Shown here: positions 1-6,343 of the stretch, in pieces
Layout of the letters: the number at the start of each line of letters is the position of its first letter
Position numbering within the stretch: position 1 is the stretch's first letter
Source of the DNA: Pseudidiomarina andamanensis
GTDB taxonomy: Bacteria > Pseudomonadota > Gammaproteobacteria > Enterobacterales > Alteromonadaceae
Reading direction: 5' to 3'
Assembly (NCBI RefSeq): GCF_009734345.1
Contig: NZ_CP032551.1
Span: 330,001 to 362,000, forward strand
Length of the DNA: 32,000 bases
Made by a program: the position numbers and the translations under genes
Notes under the pieces: model-generated
Seen by the model: the letters and a program-made list of their open reading frames with translations, nothing else
Told to the model about the DNA's origin: nothing
Database searches by the model: none

Positions 1-54
1 CTAATCGCGGCGTTTCACTGTAATCTGATTACAGAGCATTGTTAAATATTGAGT

Positions 55-83
55 AAAACCCCGCTTTTTAGCGGGGTTTTTTT
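55..83 (+). terminator. Rho-independent terminator (bidirectional shape) ending a gene that lies upstream of the window
   Basis: AAAA-CCCCGC-TTTTTA-GCGGGG-TTTTTTT. The 6-bp GC stem pairs 59-64 with 71-76, the loop is 6 nt, the T-run is 77-83, and an A-run sits on the 5' side. Confidence 0.6.
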
Positions 84-169
84 GTTTCTCTTGAACTATT
101 GTTATAGAAGACATGTCGAATTAAAAAATGCTAGTCTATTGATCGAGAACAACATAAGAGGAATTCTCC

Positions 170-514
170 ATGAAAGCGATGAAAAAATCAGTTTCAGTAG
201 CAGTGGGTGCATTATTAGTAAGTGCAGCGGGTGTAACAGCTTCTGCGAATCCATTTGGTTTTACTGAGTTACCTGGTGGCTATCAGCAAGAGCAGCAACA
301 GCAACAGAAGCAAGAAATGCGTTGCGGCGGAAACAAAGATGCCAAGAAAGCCAAAGAAGGCAAATGTGGCGAAGGCAAGTGCGGTGAAGGCAAATGTGGT
401 GGCGACAAAGCCATGGAAAAAATGGACGAGAAAGCTAAAGAACGCATGAGCGAGAAAGCCAAAGAAGGTAAATGTGGCGAAGGCAAATGTGGCGAAGGGA
501 AGTGCGGCGCATAG
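170..514 (+). CDS. Secreted Cys-Gly repeat RiPP precursor (HvfA-like / MNIO substrate), 114 aa
   Basis: RBS AAGAGGA at 155-161, 8 nt before the ATG. The N-terminus MKAMKKSVSVAVGALLVSAAGVTASA|NP is a Sec signal with an AxA cleavage site. The mature part has a polyQ stretch, one RCGG site, and two blocks of AKEGKCGEGKCGEGKCG separated by a Lys/Glu/Met-rich spacer. All 7 Cys are followed by Gly. The gene sits immediately upstream of, and overlaps, a DUF692 gene. Confidence 0.85.
   Translation: MKAMKKSVSVAVGALLVSAAGVTASANPFGFTELPGGYQQEQQQQQKQEMRCGGNKDAKKAKEGKCGEGKCGEGKCGGDKAMEKMDEKAKERMSEKAKEGKCGEGKCGEGKCGA
356..400 (+). repeat. Three tandem 15-bp units (GAAGGCAARTGYGGY), each encoding EGKCG; block 1
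   Basis: Read directly: gaaggcaaatgtggc / gaaggcaagtgcggt / gaaggcaaatgtggt. Confidence 0.95.
464..508 (+). repeat. Three tandem 15-bp units, each encoding EGKCG; block 2, a duplicate of block 1 including the preceding GCCAAA (AK)
   Basis: Read directly: gaaggtaaatgtggc / gaaggcaaatgtggc / gaagggaagtgcggc, followed by GCA TAG. Confidence 0.95.
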
Positions 515-1314
515 TTGGTTTAGGATTACGACGGGAGTTCTTAGCGGACGTTTTGCAACAGAATCCCGTCGTCGATTTTTGGGAAATCGCACCAGAAAAT
601 TGGCTCGAGCGTGGCTATGAAGCAACCTATCAGCTTGATCGCCTGCGCGAGCATTACCCGTTGTTTTGCCATGGTCTCTCGCTGTCTATTGGCAGCCCCG
701 ATCCGTTAGACGAATCTTTTATATTAAAGATTAAAGCATTTCTCGAACGCTTCAATATCGACCGTTATAGCGAACATTTAAGCTATTGCTCGGCAGGCGG
801 TCATTTGTATGATTTACTGCCTATCCCTTTCAGTGAAGAAGCTGCCGATTATGTTGCACAGCGTGTGAAGCGCGTTCAAGAGCTATTAGAGCGTCCTTTG
901 ATATTAGAAAATGTTTCGTACTATGCGCCGGCCGCAACGGAACTTAATGAACTTGAGTTCATTAATCGCGTGTTAGAACAAGCCAATTGTGAACTGTTAC
1001 TTGATGTGAATAATGTGTTTGTGAATAGCGTCAACCATCAGTACGACCCAATTCAATTTATCAAGGGATTACCAACTGAGCGCATCAGTTATGGGCATAT
1101 TGCCGGACACTTTGAAGAAGAACCTGACCTGCTCATTGATACGCATGGTGCACCAGTGCGCCCCGAAGTATTAGAGTTACTGGCATTAAGTTATGAGCAT
1201 CATGGCCCATTTCCGGTGTTGTTAGAACGTGACTTCAATATTCCACCTTTAGCCGAGCTATTGAAAGAAATGCAGGCAGTCAAAAATGTAACGCAACAGC
1301 CTGAGGTTGCATGA
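502..1314 (+). CDS. DUF692 / multinuclear non-heme iron oxidase (MNIO; MbnB/HvfB/BufB family) peptide-modifying enzyme
   Basis: The translation has family hallmarks: VGLGLRREF near the N-terminus, FWEIAPENW, HGLSLSIGS, SEHLSY, YDLLPIPF, LILENVSYY, LLLDVNNVFVNS, GHIAGH, IDTHG and LLERD. The start is ambiguous. The ORF is open from ATG 472, with ATG 487 and GTG 502 also in frame. I chose GTG 502 because it leaves only about 5 residues before the conserved GLGLR. All candidate starts overlap the precursor 3' end. Confidence 0.85.
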   Translation: MRRIVGLGLRREFLADVLQQNPVVDFWEIAPENWLERGYEATYQLDRLREHYPLFCHGLSLSIGSPDPLDESFILKIKAFLERFNIDRYSEHLSYCSAGGHLYDLLPIPFSEEAADYVAQRVKRVQELLERPLILENVSYYAPAATELNELEFINRVLEQANCELLLDVNNVFVNSVNHQYDPIQFIKGLPTERISYGHIAGHFEEEPDLLIDTHGAPVRPEVLELLALSYEHHGPFPVLLERDFNIPPLAELLKEMQAVKNVTQQPEVA

Positions 1315-2099
1315 GTAATTTTCAGCGTATTCAACAACAATGGTCGCAGTGGTTGCGTCAACCGGATAGCGCTGAACGGCCAAATGTCGAAGGGCGACGT
1401 TTAAAGGTGTATCAGCGGTTGGTTCGTAACAACATAGAAAGTTTTATCACAAGAGGCTTTCCGGTGTTGTTCAGCACTCTGACTACAGAGCAGGAACGTG
1501 AAATGCTGCGCGCCTTTGTGGCAACGCATCAATCAAAGTCACCGCTATTTTCGGCGATTGGAGCTGAATTTGTTGAATTTTTAGCGACGTTTGAAGCGCC
1601 ATGGTTACCTGAATGGAGTTATCAACTCGCTGTTTACGAACGTATGGAAGTTGATGTCTATCATTTTGACTTGCCTTGTATTTTACCGCCGCTTGATACC
1701 GAACTAGAGCAAGTTGTTTGGCAAGTAAACCCATCACTGCAGTGGCATGCATTTGATTATCCCGTGCACACCATTCAACCTGACATCATTCCGAGTGAAC
1801 CGCTTGAGCAGCCATGTTATTTGGCGGTATATCGCGTTGATGACATCGGCAATGATAATTTCACGTCCGCGGTCAAATTTCTGCAACTTAATGCTGTTAC
1901 CATGATGCTTGTCGATTATTTGATTCAGCGTCCTCATCTTACACTGCTGGCAATTGCTGAACATCTAGCCGGTCAGTTACCACAATTTTCGCCAGAACAA
2001 TTGCATCAAGGTTTGCTCGCGACGGTGCCAGAAACTATACCAAAGAGCTTTGTTGTTCCCGAGCCACAATTAAAGTATGATCCGCACCGCAAATTTTAG
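1311..2099 (+). CDS. DUF2063 protein (MbnC/HvfC/BufC-type partner of the MNIO; predicted substrate-recognition subunit)
   Basis: An ATGA start/stop overlap joins it to the DUF692 gene. The N-terminus FQRIQQQWSQWLRQPD...RRLKVYQRLVRNNIESFITRGFPVL...SPLFSAIGAEFVEFL matches the DUF2063 N-terminal pattern. Its position is the same as in known MNIO operons. Confidence 0.8.
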   Translation: MSNFQRIQQQWSQWLRQPDSAERPNVEGRRLKVYQRLVRNNIESFITRGFPVLFSTLTTEQEREMLRAFVATHQSKSPLFSAIGAEFVEFLATFEAPWLPEWSYQLAVYERMEVDVYHFDLPCILPPLDTELEQVVWQVNPSLQWHAFDYPVHTIQPDIIPSEPLEQPCYLAVYRVDDIGNDNFTSAVKFLQLNAVTMMLVDYLIQRPHLTLLAIAEHLAGQLPQFSPEQLHQGLLATVPETIPKSFVVPEPQLKYDPHRKF

Positions 2100-2117
2100 T
2101 CAGTGAGGTTGTATTTT

Positions 2118-2243
2118 ATGGCACATGATGAAAACTTCCGTGATGAATCGGGCGTAAAAATGGGCTGGCTTGCAGTAATCGTATTTGTTGCAGTACCAGT
2201 ATTACCAGCAATTTTAGGTTGGTATAAGTTCTTTTCAGCATAA
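2118..2243 (+). CDS. Small single-pass membrane peptide, 41 aa (MAHDENFRDESGVKMGWLAVIVFVAVPVLPAILGWYKFFSA); below the ORF-track length cutoff
   Basis: GAGG at 2105-2108 lies 9 nt upstream of ATG 2118. The peptide has a charged N-terminus followed by a roughly 22-residue hydrophobic helix with aromatic ends, and stops at TAA 2241-2243. It starts 18 nt after the DUF2063 stop. No homolog recognised. Confidence 0.45.
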   Translation: MAHDENFRDESGVKMGWLAVIVFVAVPVLPAILGWYKFFSA

Positions 2244-2267
2244 GCTGTTAACTTAAATAGGCATATT

Positions 2268-2663
2268 ATGTCACTTCAATTATTGCTGGTTGAGGATAAA
2301 CCAGCGACGCGGGAGCAATTGCTGCAAATTATTGAGCAAAGCCCGTTTACGGTTAGCTGTGCCAATGATGGCCTCGACGGCTTAAATCGTTCTAAAAGTC
2401 AGTATTTCGATGTGGTGTTGGTGGATCACAAGATGCCATTGATGGACGGCTTGGCGCTGATTAAAAATCTGCGTCAGTCGGAACATTACCAACAAACGCC
2501 AATTATTTTGATGACCACACAAGATGCTGCGCAAGTTCAACCACTAGCAGATAAAGCTGGTGCGAATTTGTGCTTGCCAAAACCTGTAGAAGCGCAACGT
2601 CTTTTGGGATTACTCAATGATCTTGCTGCGACAACAGGTAATCCGCAACAAACAACTGCCTGA
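2268..2663 (+). CDS. Single-domain response regulator (CheY-like REC only, no output domain)
   Basis: LLLVEDKP (acidic pocket), VLVDHKMPLMDG (phospho-acceptor Asp), ILMTT, and LPKP (conserved Lys). At 131 aa there is no DNA-binding domain. Confidence 0.85.
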   Translation: MSLQLLLVEDKPATREQLLQIIEQSPFTVSCANDGLDGLNRSKSQYFDVVLVDHKMPLMDGLALIKNLRQSEHYQQTPIILMTTQDAAQVQPLADKAGANLCLPKPVEAQRLLGLLNDLAATTGNPQQTTA

Positions 2664-2671
2664 GATATTCA

Positions 2672-3190
2672 ATGCAGATAGAAAGCTTTATCCGAGCCAT
2701 TCCGGATTATCCAAAACCCGGCATTTTATTTCGTGATATCACACCGCTACTTGCTGATGGTGAAGCATTTCGGCACACGATTAATGTACTTGCTGAGCGT
2801 TATCGTGAACAAGGTGTTACCAAAATTGTAGGCATTGAAGCTCGTGGGTTTATTTTTGCCACCGCATTAGCTTACGCGATGGGAATTGGCTTCGTGCCCT
2901 TACGGAAGCCGGGTAAACTGCCACGCAAAACCGTGTCACAAACGTATGCGCTGGAGTATGGTGAAGATAAATTGGAACTTCACGCTGACGATATTAACGC
3001 TGCCGATAAGGTGGTGGTCGTTGACGATTTACTGGCGACCGGTGGCACAATTTTGGCAGCGGTAGAAATGCTCAAGAAGCAGCAAGCGACCATTATTGAA
3101 TGCGCATTTATTATCACGCTTGCAGATTTACCAGGTGCTCAGCGGTTACAACAAGCCAAGATTCCATACTATACCCTGTGCTCATTTTAA
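2672..3190 (+). CDS. apt: Adenine phosphoribosyltransferase
   Basis: IPDYPKPGILFRDITPLL, GIEARGFIF, and the PRPP loop VVVVDDLLATGGT. It sits upstream of dnaX, as in E. coli. Confidence 0.95.
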   Translation: MQIESFIRAIPDYPKPGILFRDITPLLADGEAFRHTINVLAERYREQGVTKIVGIEARGFIFATALAYAMGIGFVPLRKPGKLPRKTVSQTYALEYGEDKLELHADDINAADKVVVVDDLLATGGTILAAVEMLKKQQATIIECAFIITLADLPGAQRLQQAKIPYYTLCSF

Positions 3191-3238
3191 GGTAAGTTAG
3201 CTACTTATCTGAAGCGACAGATTGAGAAGATATTGGCC

Positions 3239-5254
3239 ATGAGCTATCAAGTTCTCGCACGTAAGTGGCGACCCCGCAATTTTGGCGAAGTAGTTGGGCA
3301 ACAACATGTGTTGAAGCCGCTCTTTAATGCCTTACAAACAGGTCGATTACATCACGCCTGGTTACTCACCGGTACTCGCGGTGTTGGTAAAACAACCATT
3401 GCTCGAATACTTGCAAAAAGCCTCAATTGTGAGCAAGGGATCACCGCGGAACCTTGCGGTCAATGTAGTGCCTGCACGGCTATCGATCAGGGACGCTTTG
3501 TTGATCTTCTAGAAATCGATGCCGCTTCACGAACCAAAGTTGAAGATACGCGTGAATTACTCGATAACGTACAGTACGCACCAACCCAAGGTCGCTTTAA
3601 GGTCTATCTGATAGACGAAGTGCACATGTTATCGCGCCATAGCTTCAATGCGTTGTTAAAAACGCTTGAAGAGCCGCCTGAGCACGTTAAATTTTTATTA
3701 GCGACAACTGACCCGCAAAAACTGCCTATTACGGTGCTATCCCGCTGTTTACAGTTCAATTTGAAAGCGTTGTCGCGCGATGAAATTGCCAACCACTTAA
3801 TGCAGGTACTCAAATCCGAGAATATCGCTTTTGAGGAGCCGGCAATACAGGCATTGGCGCGTGCCGCGCAGGGCAGTATGCGCGATGCTTTGAGTTTAAC
3901 AGACCAAGCCATTGCGCAAGGCGACCATTCGGTAAGCATGCATGGCGTGCAACAAATGCTTGGCAGTGTTCCGAGTTTCCAATTAATTAACCTGATGCAA
4001 AATGTGTTGAGTGGTGATGCGGAAACAATGCTTAGTACGCTAGAGCAAGTTGCGGGACAAGTACCTGATCTCAGTGGGTTATTGCCAGAGCTGCAAAACC
4101 TTATTCACCAGATGGCATTGTACAAAGCGGTGCCAGAAACCGCCCATGCCACCGGTTTAGAGCAAGCTGGGCAGCATTTAGCACAGCAGTTACCAGCTGA
4201 GTTATTACAGGTGTTCTACGACATATTGGTTCAAGGTCGTCGTGATTTAAATTACGCGAGTGACGTTCGTAGTGGTGTCGAAATGACGCTACTGCGCTTA
4301 ATGGCATTTCGGCCAGAATATCTCGAGGTAGTAGAAACGCCGGCCGAGATGGTCACCAAGATAAAGCCAGTAACAGCAACGGCACCACCGCCATCGGCCC
4401 TGACTGATGATATGCCAGCAGAGCGGTTGCATCAGGTAGATAATTCGAATCATCACGATGCGGCAAATTATGATGCGGTTGCTGAAGAACCTGAGTCTCA
4501 TACAGAAGTTCGTGGCGAAGTTAATCCAGAAGCGAATGCAGAACAAGCTGCCGACTTTAATGAAAGTGTCGCGCCATCTGAATTAGAAGGGACGCAAGAG
4601 CCCACCCCGCAAAGTGATTTACAGGCGCTGTTAGCAACACGTAGCGCACTGGCGCAAAAAAAAAATCGTGAAGTAACAACAAGTGAAGCTGCCAACGAGC
4701 CGGCTCAGAAACAACCTGCAGTTGAACAAGCTGACACCAAGTTGAATCAACAGGCTAAGCATGAACCGCCTCAAGAGCAGCCTCAAGAAGCTGCTCAAAC
4801 AGCGCCTCAATCAGCGGAAAACACGCCGATTGAGATGCCAGAAATTGATGCGCAAATCACCGATAGCACGCAACGGGCCGCAGAAATTGATCGTTGGTCA
4901 GCCATGATTGATGCACTCGATTTGCATGGTTTGACGCGGCAGTTGGCGCGTAATAGTGTGTTGCAAAAAGAACACGACCAGTATGTGTTAATGGTGAGAA
5001 AAAACTGGGCCTACCTGTTGAATGACGGCGCAGTCGGCACCATTAAAGAAGCCATGGCGACGCAATTTGATATGACGTTGCGTGATATTTTGGTGGGTGA
5101 TGCCGAGGCTGCAACGCCGGTTGAAATTCAGCAGCGCATTAATACTCATCGATTGAACATCGCGCAGCAAACGCTGGCGAAAGACCCGATTGCGCAGCAA
5201 ATTGAAAGCGAATTTGGAGCACAGCTAAAGGCTGACTCCGTCAAACCAGATTAA
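3239..5254 (+). CDS. dnaX: DNA polymerase III subunit tau (and probably gamma through recoding)
   Basis: MSYQVLARKWRPRNFGEVVGQQHV, Walker A GTRGVGKTT, Zn module CGQCSACTAI, and DEVHML. The track start at TTG 3233 is rejected in favour of ATG 3239, which aligns with the E. coli MSYQVLARKWRP. Confidence 0.95.
   Translation: MSYQVLARKWRPRNFGEVVGQQHVLKPLFNALQTGRLHHAWLLTGTRGVGKTTIARILAKSLNCEQGITAEPCGQCSACTAIDQGRFVDLLEIDAASRTKVEDTRELLDNVQYAPTQGRFKVYLIDEVHMLSRHSFNALLKTLEEPPEHVKFLLATTDPQKLPITVLSRCLQFNLKALSRDEIANHLMQVLKSENIAFEEPAIQALARAAQGSMRDALSLTDQAIAQGDHSVSMHGVQQMLGSVPSFQLINLMQNVLSGDAETMLSTLEQVAGQVPDLSGLLPELQNLIHQMALYKAVPETAHATGLEQAGQHLAQQLPAELLQVFYDILVQGRRDLNYASDVRSGVEMTLLRLMAFRPEYLEVVETPAEMVTKIKPVTATAPPPSALTDDMPAERLHQVDNSNHHDAANYDAVAEEPESHTEVRGEVNPEANAEQAADFNESVAPSELEGTQEPTPQSDLQALLATRSALAQKKNREVTTSEAANEPAQKQPAVEQADTKLNQQAKHEPPQEQPQEAAQTAPQSAENTPIEMPEIDAQITDSTQRAAEIDRWSAMIDALDLHGLTRQLARNSVLQKEHDQYVLMVRKNWAYLLNDGAVGTIKEAMATQFDMTLRDILVGDAEAATPVEIQQRINTHRLNIAQQTLAKDPIAQQIESEFGAQLKADSVKPD
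4655..4676 (+). other. Candidate dnaX recoding site: an A10 tract (4656-4665) with stops in both alternative frames immediately downstream
   Basis: Zero frame: CAA AAA AAA AAT CGT. The -1 frame reads AAA TCG TGA (stop 4669-4671). The +1 frame reads ATC GTG AAG TAA (stop 4674-4676). The layout resembles E. coli A AAA AAG followed by a nearby UGA. Confidence 0.5.
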
Positions 5255-5275
5255 TGATAGAAAACAGAGGTAGTT

Positions 5276-5608
5276 ATGTTTAAAGGTGGTGGTTTAGGCA
5301 ACATGATGAAGCAGGCGCAGCAAATGCAGGAGCGTATGCAAAAAGCGCAGGCTGAAATCGCAAACCTTGAAGTAACGGGCGAAGCCGGTGCTGGTATGGT
5401 TAAAGTAACCATGTTAGGTAACCATAATGTTCGTCGCGTGAGCATCGACCCTAGCTTGTTTGAAGACGACGACAGCGAAATGATTGAAGATTTGGTTGCT
5501 GCGGCAATTAATGATGCAGTGCGTCGCGTTGAGCAAACCAGCAAAGACAAAATGGCTGAAGTCACTGGCGGTATGAATTTACCACCAGGTTTTAAAATGC
5601 CTTTCTAA
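5276..5608 (+). CDS. ybaB: Nucleoid-associated protein YbaB/EbfC
   Basis: [21 protein letters not shown]...[14 protein letters not shown], 110 aa. It lies between dnaX and recR. Confidence 0.95.
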   Translation: MFKGGGLGNMMKQAQQMQERMQKAQAEIANLEVTGEAGAGMVKVTMLGNHNVRRVSIDPSLFEDDDSEMIEDLVAAAINDAVRRVEQTSKDKMAEVTGGMNLPPGFKMPF

Positions 5609-5621
5609 ATGCGGGTGAAGC

Positions 5622-6230
5622 ATGCGTCTTAGTCCGGCAATACAAGAGCTTGTGCAAGCGTTACGGTTATTACCAGGCGTTGGCCCAAAGAGCGCGCAAC
5701 GCATGACATTTCAGTTGCTAGAACGGCAGCGCGAAGGCGCTTTGCGGCTAGCACATGCGTTAACGGAAGCCGTGGAGAAAGTGGGGCATTGTAACCAATG
5801 TCGCACGCTCACCGAGGAAGAAACGTGCGCGATTTGCGCCAACGCCAAGCGTCGTGAGAGTGGCTTGCTGTGCATTGTCGAGACACCTGCGGACGTATTA
5901 GCCATAGAGCAAACAGGACAGTACCAAGGTTGTTACTTTGTGCTAATGGGGCATTTGTCACCGTTAGATGGCATAGGACCCGAAGATATTGGCTTGGATG
6001 TATTGGCAAAACGTTTGCAACAAGAAGCGATTGAAGAAATTATTCTTGCAACCAACCCTACTGTTGAAGGTGAAGCCACAGCTCACTTTATCGCCGATTT
6101 AGCGCGGTCTCGAAACATTCGAACCTCGCGGATTGCACACGGCGTGCCGGTAGGAGGCGAGCTTGAATATGTGGATCAAGCAACACTTGGGCACGCCTTC
6201 AGTGGTCGTAAGGTTATCGATCACAACTAA
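5622..6230 (+). CDS. recR: Recombination protein RecR
   Basis: [15 protein letters not shown] (HhH), the C4 zinc finger [16 protein letters not shown], and the Toprim segment [16 protein letters not shown]. Confidence 0.95.
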   Translation: MRLSPAIQELVQALRLLPGVGPKSAQRMTFQLLERQREGALRLAHALTEAVEKVGHCNQCRTLTEEETCAICANAKRRESGLLCIVETPADVLAIEQTGQYQGCYFVLMGHLSPLDGIGPEDIGLDVLAKRLQQEAIEEIILATNPTVEGEATAHFIADLARSRNIRTSRIAHGVPVGGELEYVDQATLGHAFSGRKVIDHN

Positions 6231-6255
6231 CCTGCATAAATTACTGAAAATGGCG

Positions 6256-6283
6256 CTTGAAAAGCGAAGCGCCATCCCCATCT
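6256..6283 (+). promoter_or_regulatory. Sigma-32 (RpoH) heat-shock promoter of htpG
   Basis: CTTGAAA (6256-6262), a 13-nt spacer, then CCCCATCT (6276-6283). This matches the TTGAAA-N13-15-CCCCATnT consensus and lies about 60 nt upstream of the htpG ATG. Confidence 0.65.
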
Positions 6284-6343
6284 TTCTTCTATACCCATCT
6301 AATCATTGTTGATTAATCGTAAGATAGTGTAGGAGAAATCACT

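Noticed and set aside
18-34. Palindrome CTGTAATC-T-GATTACAG, which resembles a LexA box (CTGT-N8-ACAG)
   Set aside because: The spacing is N9, not N8. It lies upstream of a terminator at the window edge rather than in a promoter, so its function cannot be assessed.
84-169. Promoter or metal-regulator operator for the RiPP operon (TTGTTA-N17-TAAAAA at 99-127; palindrome GACATGTC at 110-117)
   Set aside because: The hexamers match only 4 of 6 positions each. The 8-bp palindrome matches no CueR/CopR/Fur-type site that I recognise. This is too weak to report as a feature.
49-267. 72-aa plus-strand ORF spanning the terminator and the precursor's 5' region
   Set aside because: It starts inside the terminator hairpin, has no RBS, and overlaps the well-supported precursor start in another frame.
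356-508. Could the 15-bp repeats, or the 7-bp repeats at 20221-20444, be a CRISPR array?
   Set aside because: The units are directly tandem with no spacers and are far shorter than CRISPR repeats. The 15-bp units are in-frame coding sequence. No cas genes are present.
269-625. 118-aa and 67-aa minus-strand ORFs (269-625 and 283-486), plus the plus-strand ORF at 255-449, all overlapping the precursor gene
   Set aside because: They are shadow frames of the 15-bp GAAGGCAAATGTGGC repeats and the CAG/CAA run. Their translations are low-complexity (FAFATF and LLLLLL) and they lack an RBS. The signal-peptide-plus-EGKCG frame followed by DUF692 is the coherent reading.
3233-3238. Upstream alternative starts given by the ORF track: dnaX TTG 3233, adk TTG 8411, MAPEG TTG 9143, hydrolase 9439, norM 11500, fadD TTG 24775
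   Set aside because: In each case homolog N-termini and RBS placement favour a downstream start (3239, 8417, 9167, 9568, 11554, 24787/24796). The hydrolase and norM extensions (9439, 11500) also run through the preceding gene.
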